A DNA stretch of 64,000 nucleotides from contig QMRC01000004.1 of NCBI GenBank assembly GCA_003649205.1, positions 1 through 64,000 of the forward strand, read 5' to 3'. This document shows positions 29,158-39,623 of this stretch, piece after piece. The notes beneath the pieces were generated by a model that saw nothing but the letters and a program-made list of their open reading frames with translations, made no database searches and was not told the DNA's origin. The stretch comes from Thermoprotei archaeon. Its GTDB lineage: Archaea; Thermoproteota; Thermoprotei; Thermoproteales; B15-G16. The position numbers were made by a program, and so were the translations under genes. Each line of letters opens with the position of its first letter. Positions within the stretch are counted from its first letter, which is position 1.

Positions 29158-30366
29158 TTACTCGTATCTTAAGGCTTCTGCTGGTCTCAATCTAGCTGCT
29201 CTCCAAGCTGGGTACACCGACGCCACTAGTGCTGATGCTATTGCTAGTACTGTGGCTAGCGCTATGTACTCAGGTGTGAACACTGGCTTGAATACTAATC
29301 CTGGCCCCCTCGCTCTATGTGGTGCTCCTGGTACTGATACATAGCTAGATAGTATAGCATTTAGCATGTACGCACATGCTGCTCCAAGTGGTATTCCAAC
29401 CGCAGCACCTAACATACCGAGTATTAGTGCCTGAACTACGTATATGAGTAGTACTGCTGTATCTGTCATCCCTATTGCCTTCAACGTACCTATCAACCTA
29501 GTTCTCTCGAGAACTGATATAGTCATCACGTTTGCTGTACCAAAGGACGCTGCTATGAATGCTGTTACCGCTGCGCTCAGCCCAAATACAGTAATTGCAG
29601 TTAGTACACTAGTTACCTGAGTTGCTATGAATTTCAGCGATATTACCTGTACATTCCTACCGTAGAGGATCTTTATCATCTCCGTAACCTCATCTACGTG
29701 GTCAGTACTATCTACCTTCACTATGATTAGATCGTATACGGGTCTCCGCCTTAGTGAGAGGAGGTACTTTAGTGGTACGAAGATACTGTCATCAGGTGAT
29801 ATGAAGGGTGCTGCACCGTACGTACTCAGTATACCGATAACTGTTAGCGGTATTGTGTGTGACCCTTTCCTAGCTATTAAGCTCTGTGCTACAGCTATTC
29901 TCTTCTCACCTGTAGTTACGTCAAAGGCTATGTTGTACCCAACTAAGGCGGCGGGTATAGGTGCATCTACGTACGTGCTACCCTCAACTAGCTTAACCTC
30001 ACCAAGTACAGAACCTAACTTATCTGAGTCTATCCCTACAATTGTGGTAGATATGGTGTCAGAACCTACAACAACTGTGATACGCTCAATTATGATGGGA
30101 ATTACCTCCTTTACGTGCTCTATAGTACGTAGCTTAGCAACATCAATACTTGTGAGGAAGTACCTAGGGGTAGGTCGAATGAGGATTGTTGTCGGCCCTA
30201 ACTTCTCAAGAATTGAGAGCACGTTAACTTTCAAACCCTCAACCTGAGCAGCAACAGCTACAACAGCTACAACACCTATCGAGATAGCTAAAACTATGAG
30301 AGCTGACCTAAGTTTTCTCTCGCTTAATTGCTTCCAGGATATGTACGCAACATCGCTAAGTCTCAT
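29158..30366 (-). CDS. ABC transporter permease, MacB/FtsX family
   Basis: RKLRSAL, SVLERTRLIGTLKAIG, PAWRAARLRPAEALRYE. Confidence 0.92.
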   Translation of the reverse strand: MRLSDVAYISWKQLSERKLRSALIVLAISIGVVAVVAVAAQVEGLKVNVLSILEKLGPTTILIRPTPRYFLTSIDVAKLRTIEHVKEVIPIIIERITVVVGSDTISTTIVGIDSDKLGSVLGEVKLVEGSTYVDAPIPAALVGYNIAFDVTTGEKRIAVAQSLIARKGSHTIPLTVIGILSTYGAAPFISPDDSIFVPLKYLLSLRRRPVYDLIIVKVDSTDHVDEVTEMIKILYGRNVQVISLKFIATQVTSVLTAITVFGLSAAVTAFIAASFGTANVMTISVLERTRLIGTLKAIGMTDTAVLLIYVVQALILGMLGAAVGIPLGAACAYMLNAILSSYVSVPGAPHRARGPGLVFKPVFTPEYIALATVLAIASALVASVYPAWRAARLRPAEALRYE

Positions 30367-32003
30367 TTCCTTCTCCTCCTAAGTAGGAGTAAGTACAGTA
30401 ATGCGAGAAGTACTACAGCAACCACTATGGATACTCCAACCATCAGTGGAGTTTGTGGGGTAGGTGATGATCTAGCTTCTTTACCTACACTGTGTTGTGT
30501 GTGCTGTGGTGCTATAGATACTTTGATTGGTATGGTAATTGTCGTATTGTGCTCCATCCTGAGATTATCCATGTACGTAACTACTAGAGGTAACGTAGCT
30601 ACCCCTCCTCTGGGCATCTTCTCTATCATGAAGCTTATTGTGAATGTAGTTGGGGTATTTACCTGCACATTACCTATGAAGGTAGACCTAGTTAGTGGTC
30701 TTACGTACTCTGTCTCAACTGGGATTATGTAGGTTGCGGTAGCTGTCGTAGTACCTACATTGACTAACGTTATAGTTACAGAACCAGGTTTACCAACTGA
30801 AACTACCTCAGGCATCTGAACAATATCGACAACCTTAAACTCAACTAAACCCACCAAAATGAAGGCTATGGACTCACTATGTGTACCAACAATACCTAAC
30901 TCCTCATCCAGGTACCTCACAGTAACGTGTAGGTAACCTACCTGAACACCTGTTGATGGTACGTAGATTTTCACGAGAATTCTCCTACATTCACCACCAC
31001 GTAGATTATCAAATATGTGAACTTGCTTGGTAAGTAGCTGTAGAGGTGAAGTTGCTGATATGGTGACTTGAACACACTTTAGCAATCGAGAACCAATGTT
31101 CTCTACAGTCAATACTACGGCGTTCTCCTTACCCATGTATAGTCTAGTGGCATTTACAGAGATACGTAGTGGGGATGTGTAGTGAATTGGCTTAACAGAA
31201 ATAGCTACAACTCTACTCGATGTCATGAGATTACCTAGAACATCTCTGTAGCGAATAAGTAGGTTTAGACACAATGTGCCCCTTCTCTCCTGTCCCATAG
31301 CAACAACAGGTACTCTAACTACCTTCTCCTCACCAGGCTCCAGGATACCGATAGCGAATTCAGTACATCCAATACATGAGCCACCTACTGACGATGATAC
31401 AGTAACCTCAACACCATAAGCTGGCGCCGTACCTACGTTCCTTACAATTAAGGTCACGTTCTCAACCCTGTATGGAGTAATCTCTTCTGTAGCTGAAATT
31501 ACATCCACGATAGCTCTACCATAGAGTGGAATAGCGACACCAAGTACATGGGTGCTCTCACCAGTTCTCGTATAGCATTTCAGCACCAACGTACCGTAGT
31601 ACGTACCAGGCTTAACACCACTACCCACTAAGATATTGAACTTCAAACTGAAGATAGAGCCAAGTGATATAGGTACCGAGTAGTAGCTGATAGCTGTGTC
31701 ATTACCATCAACGGAGGAGAAGCCACTAGGTAACCTCAACTCAGCAACAATAGAGTGTATGAGAGAATAACCAACATTCCTAAGAACAACCTCGAGAACC
31801 CCTGAATCACCAGGACCAACACAACTCAACCACCTAACACAAACAACATCAATAGGGTACTTTGGAGTTTTCTCCCTAATCTTCTTAGGTATCTTCTTCA
31901 CGTACTGATCCAGACAAAGAATTGACGTAGTGAAAACGGTTAAGAGAACCAGTAGCAGAATAGAGATCACCAAAGTGATTTTACCCCAACGCACCATCCT
32001 CAC
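30363..32003 (-). CDS. COG1361-like S-layer/CARDB-repeat protein
   Basis: Signal peptide, four Ig-like repeats (xRNVG/ENIG/VNVG), C-terminal TM plus RRRRK; typical partner of MacB-type ABC systems. Confidence 0.8.
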   Translation of the reverse strand: MRMVRWGKITLVISILLLVLLTVFTTSILCLDQYVKKIPKKIREKTPKYPIDVVCVRWLSCVGPGDSGVLEVVLRNVGYSLIHSIVAELRLPSGFSSVDGNDTAISYYSVPISLGSIFSLKFNILVGSGVKPGTYYGTLVLKCYTRTGESTHVLGVAIPLYGRAIVDVISATEEITPYRVENVTLIVRNVGTAPAYGVEVTVSSSVGGSCIGCTEFAIGILEPGEEKVVRVPVVAMGQERRGTLCLNLLIRYRDVLGNLMTSSRVVAISVKPIHYTSPLRISVNATRLYMGKENAVVLTVENIGSRLLKCVQVTISATSPLQLLTKQVHIFDNLRGGECRRILVKIYVPSTGVQVGYLHVTVRYLDEELGIVGTHSESIAFILVGLVEFKVVDIVQMPEVVSVGKPGSVTITLVNVGTTTATATYIIPVETEYVRPLTRSTFIGNVQVNTPTTFTISFMIEKMPRGGVATLPLVVTYMDNLRMEHNTTITIPIKVSIAPQHTQHSVGKEARSSPTPQTPLMVGVSIVVAVVLLALLYLLLLRRRRK

Positions 32004-32689
32004 CTCCTAACAACTTCAATACCAATAACCTTACCATCACGAAGCTTAATCACCCTATCACAGAACCTAATTAGCTCAAGGTTGTGAGTAACCATGACAA
32101 TGGTCTTACCGAGATCATCACACAACCTCCTAAACAACGAAACAACAATCTCAGTATTCTTAACATCGAGATTACCAGTAGGCTCATCAGCGAGAATAAT
32201 GGGGGGATCATTCATGAGGGCTCTAGCAATAGCAACTCTCTGTTGCTCACCAGAAGACAATTCAGTAGCTCTCTTATGAGCCTTATCACCAAGACCAACG
32301 ATCTCAAGAAGCTTGAGAGCACGTTCCCTCCTAATACGTCTAGGTACACCGGCAATAGCAGCAGGTAACTCGACATTCTCAACAACAGAGAGGTAAGGAA
32401 CTAGGTTAAAGGTCTGAAATACAAAACCAATAGTCCTATTCCTAAACACACTCAACTCCTTAGAGCTAAGTCTAGGAACCTCAACACCAGCAACGTAAAC
32501 AGTACCCTTCGTAGGCTTATCAAGACCACCAATGATATTCAGGAGAGTAGTCTTACCAGAACCGGAAGGGCCAACAACAGCAACAAACTCACCCTCATCA
32601 ACCGAGAAACTAACACCCTTAAGAGCAGGGTACTCAAAGCGACCAGATCTATAGATCTTCCAAACATCCTCAACCACTATAATGGGCAT
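32000..32689 (-). CDS. ABC transporter ATP-binding protein (LolD/MacB-like)
   Basis: GPSGSGKTT, LSSGEQQR, ADEPTGNLD, MVTH. Confidence 0.95.
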   Translation of the reverse strand: MPIIVVEDVWKIYRSGRFEYPALKGVSFSVDEGEFVAVVGPSGSGKTTLLNIIGGLDKPTKGTVYVAGVEVPRLSSKELSVFRNRTIGFVFQTFNLVPYLSVVENVELPAAIAGVPRRIRRERALKLLEIVGLGDKAHKRATELSSGEQQRVAIARALMNDPPIILADEPTGNLDVKNTEIVVSLFRRLCDDLGKTIVMVTHNLELIRFCDRVIKLRDGKVIGIEVVRR

Positions 32690-32794
32690 AGAGACCGAAG
32701 TTAGTCAAGACTCGTGAGGAATTATAAGTTTTGCGAACCTCAGGTACATACACGTAACACAAAACCAGTATGTGCAATACACCACAGGTAAACT

Positions 32795-32858
32795 ATTTAA
32801 ATTGTAGTACAGAATTCTGATGCAGACGTAGTACAGAGGTGATAAGTATCAGTACTAC
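32795..32858 (+). promoter_or_regulatory. TA promoter/operator: TTTAAA box, two GTAGTACAGA direct repeats and an inverted GTACTAC copy
   Basis: GTAGTACAGA at 32804-32813 and 32828-32837; GTACTAC at 32852-32858; palindrome CAGAATTCTG at 32810-32819. Confidence 0.55.
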
Positions 32859-33078
32859 AGTATCCTTCCGTATACCTAGGGAGCTAAAGAGGAGAATGGA
32901 CGCTCTAAGCAATGTAGTTAACTGGAGCGAGGAAGTTAGGAAGTTCTTGGAGAGACGTGTTAAGGAGTTAGAGCAGCTTAAAGCTATTGAAGAACTCGAG
33001 AACTTGATCAAGAGGCTACCGAAGTTACCGAAGGGTACTGCTACCAGATACGTGAGGGTGGATCGTGATAGTTATTGA
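32839..33078 (+). CDS. vapB: VapB-type RHH antitoxin
   Basis: TVSFRIPRELKRRM, VNWSEEVRKF, VRVDRD; overlaps the PIN gene. Confidence 0.88.
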   Translation: MISISTTVSFRIPRELKRRMDALSNVVNWSEEVRKFLERRVKELEQLKAIEELENLIKRLPKLPKGTATRYVRVDRDSY

Positions 33079-33475
33079 TGCATCAGCACTAGTTAAGTAC
33101 ATCCTACACGAAGAGCATTGGGAAGACATCAGCAAATTCATTAGAGAGAAGAGACCTCTCTACTCAGTTGATCACATAGCTAAGGAAGTTGGTAATGCAC
33201 TGTGGAAACACTACATTCGTGGCATTGTGAATAGAGGTATCGTACTCAAGTTGATGAAGTCCTTCATGAAGCTAGTTCAGACCGAGGTAATAATCCTGGA
33301 ACCTGAGTACAAGTACCTGTACACAGCACTTGAGATAGCTATCGAGCATAAACTTCCCCTCTACGACACACTGTACATAGCTCAAGCAAAGCACTACGGT
33401 GAACTACTTACAAGTGATAAAGAGCAGGCAGAAGTAGCTAAGGGACTAGGAATTGAGGTCTACCTCGTAACGTAG
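33065..33475 (+). CDS. vapC: VapC PIN-domain toxin
   Basis: VIDASALVK, EVGNAL, LYDTLYIAQA, LLTSD. Confidence 0.92.
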   Translation: MIVIDASALVKYILHEEHWEDISKFIREKRPLYSVDHIAKEVGNALWKHYIRGIVNRGIVLKLMKSFMKLVQTEVIILEPEYKYLYTALEIAIEHKLPLYDTLYIAQAKHYGELLTSDKEQAEVAKGLGIEVYLVT

Positions 33476-33611
33476 CATACATTTAATCAAATACATAAAC
33501 AATAACATTGCTGAGAGGTGTATTGCTCAATAGATAGTTGAATCACACAAATGAAATGATGGGGAAACCTTAAAATCACACCTAAGACTTGTGAGAACTC
33601 GGTGAACTTAC

Positions 33612-34406
33612 GTGAGAGAAGTACTCGAGATGTGGAAGTACTCGAGGATGATTGCTAGCTTCGTCCTAGCTGCTGCAGTCTACGCAGTAGTTCTCTGGGT
33701 CTTCGCACCACTGTGGATAATACCAGGTGTAACAGGTATCAGAATAGCAAACATACTGCCACCAGTCTTCAGCCTGCTCTTTGGACCAGCAGCTGCTTGG
33801 GGTATAGCCGTTGGTAACCTCATAGGTTACGATATTCTTGGTGGAGCACTTACCATAGGTAGCATAGGTGGCTTCATAGGTAACTTCCTACTTGGCTACA
33901 TGCCGTACAAGATATGGCACAGAATGTTCAGAGAACCACCACACTGCAGAACACTATCTAGCGTACTGAAGTTTGAGTTCGTAACGCTAATTCACGCAGC
34001 AGTATGCGCACACGTGATATCACTTTGGTGTGAAGCAGTTGGGTTCGTGCCATACACACCGCTAGCCTTCATAATATTCACGAACGACTTCTTAGCACCA
34101 GCCATAGCAGGTCCAATACTCATGGCACTGCTCTACGATAGAGTTAGGAGAGCAGGGTGGCTCTGGACTGACGTCATGAAGGGCTACGAGTACTTACCAA
34201 CAACGGTGAAGAAGAGGTGGGTCATCGGCACAATACTCGTAACCATAGGCTCAGTCATCGGTCTCGTAGCAACGATAGGTGTTGGTCTAGGACTAGGACA
34301 GCCACTATTCTTTGGACCTGGACTAAAGTTCATCGGTACACCACTGGTAGCAACAGGTCTAGTATTCCTCATCATATGGATCATAGGCGTTGCACTTCTC
34401 GAGTAA
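33612..34406 (+). CDS. ECF transporter S-component (QueT-like)
   Basis: AAAVYA, IRIANILPPVFSLLFGPAAAWGIAVGNLIG; about 8 TMs; first gene of an ECF operon. Confidence 0.75.
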   Translation: MREVLEMWKYSRMIASFVLAAAVYAVVLWVFAPLWIIPGVTGIRIANILPPVFSLLFGPAAAWGIAVGNLIGYDILGGALTIGSIGGFIGNFLLGYMPYKIWHRMFREPPHCRTLSSVLKFEFVTLIHAAVCAHVISLWCEAVGFVPYTPLAFIIFTNDFLAPAIAGPILMALLYDRVRRAGWLWTDVMKGYEYLPTTVKKRWVIGTILVTIGSVIGLVATIGVGLGLGQPLFFGPGLKFIGTPLVATGLVFLIIWIIGVALLE

Positions 34407-34478
34407 GGTGAAGTACTTTTCACTAACCTCACTACCTTTTTCTCCCCCACAAGCTCTGATTAACTACGTGAAGTAGCT

Positions 34479-36155
34479 ATGTCAACACTCATAGAGCTAG
34501 ATGATGTCTGGGTCAGGTACAGAATGGCTAGAGATTACGCACTTAGAGGTATATCGCTCAAGATTAGAGAAGGTGATGTAGTCGGTATCATAGGACCTAC
34601 AGGAGCAGGTAAGTCAACACTCGCTAAGGTCATGTGCGGTATAGTACCCAACCTAGAGCCCTGTGATGAATTTCGAGGCTACGTATCGGTCTGTGGCCTA
34701 GATACGAGAGAAGTCCCCGTAGGCATAATCTGCAGGAGGTGCGCAATGGTGTTTCAAGACTACGAAGCACAGCTCTTCAGGACATCTGTCGAGCTTGAGG
34801 TAGCCTTCGGGCCTGAGAACCTAGGACTTGAACCAAGTGAAATCGAGAGGAGGGTTAAGTGGGCTCTAGAGCTAACAGGTCTAGTAGGTCTCGAACGCAG
34901 GTACACCTACGCCTTAAGTGGTGGACAGAAGCAGAGACTCGCAATAGCATCAGTACTCAGCCTCCAACCAGATGTCCTGGTACTAGATGAAGCAACCAGC
35001 GACCTAGATCCGAGAGGTAAGCTAGAGCTATTTCAGGTGATCAAGAAGTTAATTGAAGCAAGAATAATTAAGGCAGCTGTGATAATAGACCATCACCTCG
35101 ATAAGCTAGCACAGCTAGCAAATAGAATAGTGGTTCTCAAAAATGGTGAGGTAATAGATGAGGGAACCCCAAGAGAAGTACTGACCAAGGTAGAGCTACT
35201 GAAATCACTTAAGTTAGAACCACCTCAAGTAACTGAACTCTTTCACAGACTAGGTCACACAAGAGATAAGCTACCACTCACCATAGATGAAGCTCTAGAG
35301 CATACCAAGAACCTCAGAGCTAGAAAACCAGAGAGGACAGAGGTGTCTAAAGTAGATAAGGTACTATCCCTAAGAGATATCTGGTTCTACTACGTACCAA
35401 GCGAATGGGTTCTCAAGGGAATCAACCTAGATGTGTACAGAGGTGAGTGCCTAGGCATAATAGGTCAAAACGGTAGCGGTAAGACCACACTAGCAAACAT
35501 CATAATGGGCATACTGAAGCCAATTAAGGGTAGAGTAACCCTACTAGATCAAGACGTAACAGAGAAAGGACCAACAGCAAGAATCGGTATAATAGGTTAC
35601 GTACTACAGAACCCTGACTACCAAATATTCAACAGAACAGTATACGAAGAACTCGCATTCGCACCAAAGCACATGAACTTACCACCAGACGAAGTCGATA
35701 GGAGGGTCAAGCACGTAGCTAAGCTCGTCGGTATAGAGCACTTACTAGATGAAGACCCATTCTTCCTCAGTAAAGCAGATAGACAGAGAGTAGCAGTAGC
35801 ATCAGTACTCACAATGTACCCAAAGATCTTACTACTCGACGAACCAACAACAGGATTAACACCAGGAGAAACTAGAGACCTCATGGACTTAGTAATGAAG
35901 TTAAATAGAGAACTAGGAATGACAGTCATAGTCATCACACACGACATGAACGTAGTTGCTAGGTACTGCACAAGAGTAGTACTCATGAAGAGTGGAGAAA
36001 TAGTAATCGACACAGACACCAGAACACTATTCAAAAACATCGAATTACTGAGACAAAACTACATAGAACCACCACAGATCATAGAGTACACGGTAAGAGC
36101 ACTCGGAGAACCATACCTAACAGTTGACGAACTCATACAGCACCTAGAGAGGTGA
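34479..36155 (+). CDS. ECF transporter fused A-A' ATPase
   Basis: Two ABC cassettes (GPTGAGKS/LSGGQKQR; GQNGSGKT/DEPTTG) with Q-helix E-V/L-AF-x-P. Confidence 0.93.
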   Translation: MSTLIELDDVWVRYRMARDYALRGISLKIREGDVVGIIGPTGAGKSTLAKVMCGIVPNLEPCDEFRGYVSVCGLDTREVPVGIICRRCAMVFQDYEAQLFRTSVELEVAFGPENLGLEPSEIERRVKWALELTGLVGLERRYTYALSGGQKQRLAIASVLSLQPDVLVLDEATSDLDPRGKLELFQVIKKLIEARIIKAAVIIDHHLDKLAQLANRIVVLKNGEVIDEGTPREVLTKVELLKSLKLEPPQVTELFHRLGHTRDKLPLTIDEALEHTKNLRARKPERTEVSKVDKVLSLRDIWFYYVPSEWVLKGINLDVYRGECLGIIGQNGSGKTTLANIIMGILKPIKGRVTLLDQDVTEKGPTARIGIIGYVLQNPDYQIFNRTVYEELAFAPKHMNLPPDEVDRRVKHVAKLVGIEHLLDEDPFFLSKADRQRVAVASVLTMYPKILLLDEPTTGLTPGETRDLMDLVMKLNRELGMTVIVITHDMNVVARYCTRVVLMKSGEIVIDTDTRTLFKNIELLRQNYIEPPQIIEYTVRALGEPYLTVDELIQHLER

Positions 36156-36159
36156 AGTA

Positions 36160-36954
36160 ATGAAGTTCGTACTGTACGTAGATGCCAACTCACCAATACA
36201 CAGACTAGACCCAAGAACAAAACTCTACTGGGTACTCTGCGTCTTCATATGGTCAATGACCTTCAACCACCCACTCTACACAGCAGCAATACTAGGAATC
36301 GTACTAGCAACACTACTGATGAGCAGAGCAATTAAAGGAGTGAAATTCGCAACAATACCACTGACAATACTCATAGCAATGTGCATCGTACTGTGGCCAC
36401 TCTTCAGAAGAGAAGGAACAACCGTACTACTCTCCCTAGGACCACTAAACATATACTACGAATCACTACTCTACGCAGTAGCTGTTGGATTTAGACTAAC
36501 AGCAATGGTCCTAGCAGGACTCACACTACTCGTAACAACCAGAATAGAGGAACTAGAAGCAGCACTAGTCAAGCTCAAGCTACCCTACCCAATAGCATTT
36601 GGAGTATCAGCAGTATTCAGATTCATACCAACACTCATGGGAGATGCACACATGGTAATAGCAGCACAGAGAGCAAGAGGAGTAGACCCCTTGAGAGGTA
36701 GCTTAGTAACCAAGATCAAGAACTCAGCATTGATAGTAGCGCCGATATTCATGACATCAATGAGAAGACTATCAACACTACCACTAGCAATGGAATCAAG
36801 AGGATACACACCAACAGCAAAGAGAACATACCTCATACAACTCAAGATGAGACCAGTAGACTACATCTACATAGCACTCTCCACAGCACTAACAGCAACC
36901 TTCATCTACATGAGACTAAACGGAATAGGAGTCATATACCCACACTACATCTAA
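36160..36954 (+). CDS. ecfT: ECF transporter T component
   Basis: IHRLDPRTK, RFIPTL, AQRARG, AMESRG. Confidence 0.93.
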   Translation: MKFVLYVDANSPIHRLDPRTKLYWVLCVFIWSMTFNHPLYTAAILGIVLATLLMSRAIKGVKFATIPLTILIAMCIVLWPLFRREGTTVLLSLGPLNIYYESLLYAVAVGFRLTAMVLAGLTLLVTTRIEELEAALVKLKLPYPIAFGVSAVFRFIPTLMGDAHMVIAAQRARGVDPLRGSLVTKIKNSALIVAPIFMTSMRRLSTLPLAMESRGYTPTAKRTYLIQLKMRPVDYIYIALSTALTATFIYMRLNGIGVIYPHYI

Positions 36955-37212
36955 GAAAACACAAACAAACTCAAAACCTCCTCAACAACACACTCAATCC
37001 ACTACCAACTCCCCCTTCCCAAAAGACAACACATAGATAGATACCCCAACTACGTAGAGTATAGTGAACACGATAACCTACATAGAGCTACCACACACAT
37101 AACACATGTATAGAGAAGCGACGAAACAATAGAACTGTACACTGTATACACGTTAAACACCTCAAACCACAGTTCAAGACAGGCTGCAATGTAGAGTATA
37201 CGTAGTTAAATA

Positions 37213-37238
37213 ATTTGAACTAATCAAATGTATATAAA
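37213..37238 (+). promoter_or_regulatory. Pilin promoter: palindrome ATTTGA-N5-TCAAAT abutting TATATAAA
   Basis: Perfect 6-bp inverted repeat at 37213-37229, TATA at 37231-37238, ATG at 37276. Confidence 0.6.
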
Positions 37239-37275
37239 CCATTCACTCAATATAAAGACCACAGAGGTTGGGAAT

Positions 37276-37812
37276 ATGAGGAGAAGTAGGAAAGGTATGA
37301 CCGCAATACAAGCAATTGTAATCGCAGTAGTAGCAATCGTAATTGCAGGAGTAGCAGCATTCGTAATCTGGAGAATGACAGCAGCTGCAGCAGCGCAATT
37401 CAAGCCAGAGGTACTGGAGAGCAAGGCAGTATATGATGAAAGTGATGGATCACAGGCAATCTATATTGTGCTTAGAAATGGAGGTACGAAACGCGTAAGG
37501 CTCATAGCGGTTGATGTTGTGACATCTGGTGGTAAGAAAACTGCCCCACCATCTGGTGGAGCTGCAGCAATAGAACCGGGATTAACGTATGTGATAAAGA
37601 TAAATCCTGCTTCACTGGGCATTGCAATGACACCAGCAGAAACAGTAACTGTTAACTTAAGGTTTGATGACGGCACAACAGTACCAGTTAGTATAGAGAG
37701 CGAAAGTGGTTCTATAAGCGATACCGAATCGTACATAGCTTCGGCCTTCTACGGTCAGGACAGTATACCTACCAATTACCTAATTATAGTGGGTGGGACA
37801 ACTGGTGTATAG
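37276..37812 (+). CDS. Type IV pilin (probable major pilin)
   Basis: Class III signal peptide MRRSRKG|MTAIQAIVIAVVAIVIAGVAAFVIW; LRNGG beta-sandwich motif. Confidence 0.88.
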   Translation: MRRSRKGMTAIQAIVIAVVAIVIAGVAAFVIWRMTAAAAAQFKPEVLESKAVYDESDGSQAIYIVLRNGGTKRVRLIAVDVVTSGGKKTAPPSGGAAAIEPGLTYVIKINPASLGIAMTPAETVTVNLRFDDGTTVPVSIESESGSISDTESYIASAFYGQDSIPTNYLIIVGGTTGV

Positions 37813-37835
37813 TATTATATAGTGGGGTAACAAAC

Positions 37836-39623
37836 TTGCTCCGTAGTAGTGTTTTTTTCAAAGTTCATCAATTTATATCTAACTTCCTAAACTCACATCC
37901 TGAAGTTAGCAGTAAACTTAATGATCTATTGCTTAGGGCTGGTATTCACATTCCTGCCGATGTCTATGTGTCCAATGCAGTTATTTCTTCAATGCTCACG
38001 TTCCTTGGATCTATGGCCCTTAGTATATTGCTTCTTACACTAATGAACTTACCTCCTAGCTTCACTATACTGTTCATATTTCCGGTACCTGTAATAACTT
38101 TCCTTTTCTTCCTATTCGTTATTCCACTTGTGAAAGCTAGTTCCATTAGGTCGAGACTTGATGTTGAGCTTCCTTTCTTTACTGCTTTTCTTTCTATGGT
38201 TGTTGCTAGTGGTGTTTCTATTGCTAGGGGTATTCACTATGTTGTTAAGAGACCTATCTTTGCTGAAACGAGTAGGTTCCTTAGGCAAATCTACATTAGG
38301 TTTATGTTCTATGGTAGGTCTGTTTTTGATGCTATTACTGAGGTTTGTAGGTTTATTCCTCATGAGAGGTTGAGGGCTATACTGAGTGGTTATGTTACGA
38401 CTGTTCTCACGGGTGGTGATGTTGTTCACTACATGGATCTCGTGACTAGGGATGTCATTAACTATAGATCGGCTACTGTTCGTTCAACGGTTAGCTTCGT
38501 TATTAACTTCATTACTGGTTTGACTGTTGGTGTTTTGATGATAATTGTCATGCTTGAGATTGTTGCTTATCTACCTGTCTTGGGTGTTGGTATTCAGGTT
38601 CTATCTCCTGAGGAGCTTGATGTGGTTTTCATGCTTCTCATGTTCTCTCCACTTCTCTTCATTGTCTTTGGGGCAACTACTCGTGGTATATACTCTGGAT
38701 CCATGAAGTATAGGGGGAGGCACTTCGTGTATGTAGCTGCGTTGTTTGGTATTGGTTGTCTCTGTGGTCTTGCTCTCTACCACTTACTACCTAGTGAGGT
38801 CGCTATTCAGCTTGGTTCTGTGTCTTCTGTTGTTAAGAAGGATCTATCTGTTCTCGTTATGTTGGTTATTCTCTGTGGTTGTCTTGCTGCTGGTGCTTGG
38901 TATGATCGTATTTATCGTGAGAGGATTAGTCTTGAGCGTGGTTTTGTAAGGTTTCTCGTGGATCTTGCTGAAGCTAGGAAGACTGGTCTCTCTGTTGAGA
39001 GGTGTTTTGAGTTGCTTGCTGAGAGGGATTACGGTGCTTTTACGAAGATTCTTCGTGATGCTGCTAGGCAGCTTAGGTTGGGTGTTTGGATTGGTAGGAT
39101 AGTGGATATGGTTGTGTCTAGGAGTACGTCGACTCTCGTGGATACCTACATGAGGTTGCTCATGTCTAGTATTGAGTTTGGTGGTGGTCATGTTAAGTCT
39201 CTTGAGTCGTTAGCTACCTTCGCAACTACTATGATGGGTATTGAGGATGAAGCTCGTAGGTCAGCTAAGCAGATTCTCATTATTGCGCTTATGGCTGTTG
39301 TCACCCTGCTCATTACTGTGATCTTCATGAATATCCTGTCTGTTGGTACTATTCAGTTCGTATCGTCTCCTGTCGCTGCTGGTGCTGGTGGTTACACATT
39401 TTCTGTCTCTAAGGAGCATCTAGCTATGTTGTCTGAGTTGAATTCACGTATCATCCTATTCGTCATACTGTGTTCAATTGCTCTCGGTTTCTTAGCTGGT
39501 AGGGTGTGTTACGGTGATGTTCTTCAGTCCTTTAGGGCTATTGCTCTGTTGTCTGCTGTCTCGCTTGTGCTGTATGTATTCTCTCCTGTTGTTCAGAGTA
39601 TTGTGCTTGGTATTGGTGGTTGA
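37836..39623 (+). CDS. T4P membrane platform protein (TadC/FlaJ family, two T2SSF domains)
   Basis: LDVELPFF...SG, FLVDLAEARKTGLS, RDYGAFT, FGGG; many TMs. Confidence 0.9.
   Translation: MLRSSVFFKVHQFISNFLNSHPEVSSKLNDLLLRAGIHIPADVYVSNAVISSMLTFLGSMALSILLLTLMNLPPSFTILFIFPVPVITFLFFLFVIPLVKASSIRSRLDVELPFFTAFLSMVVASGVSIARGIHYVVKRPIFAETSRFLRQIYIRFMFYGRSVFDAITEVCRFIPHERLRAILSGYVTTVLTGGDVVHYMDLVTRDVINYRSATVRSTVSFVINFITGLTVGVLMIIVMLEIVAYLPVLGVGIQVLSPEELDVVFMLLMFSPLLFIVFGATTRGIYSGSMKYRGRHFVYVAALFGIGCLCGLALYHLLPSEVAIQLGSVSSVVKKDLSVLVMLVILCGCLAAGAWYDRIYRERISLERGFVRFLVDLAEARKTGLSVERCFELLAERDYGAFTKILRDAARQLRLGVWIGRIVDMVVSRSTSTLVDTYMRLLMSSIEFGGGHVKSLESLATFATTMMGIEDEARRSAKQILIIALMAVVTLLITVIFMNILSVGTIQFVSSPVAAGAGGYTFSVSKEHLAMLSELNSRIILFVILCSIALGFLAGRVCYGDVLQSFRAIALLSAVSLVLYVFSPVVQSIVLGIGG

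Noticed and set aside
26305-33475. Integrated virus or plasmid at tRNA-Trp
   Set aside because: No integrase, replication or capsid gene and no duplicated tRNA 3' end detected
36955-37210. Replication origin in the A/C-rich intergenic region
   Set aside because: No ORB-like repeats and no adjacent orc1/cdc6 gene seen
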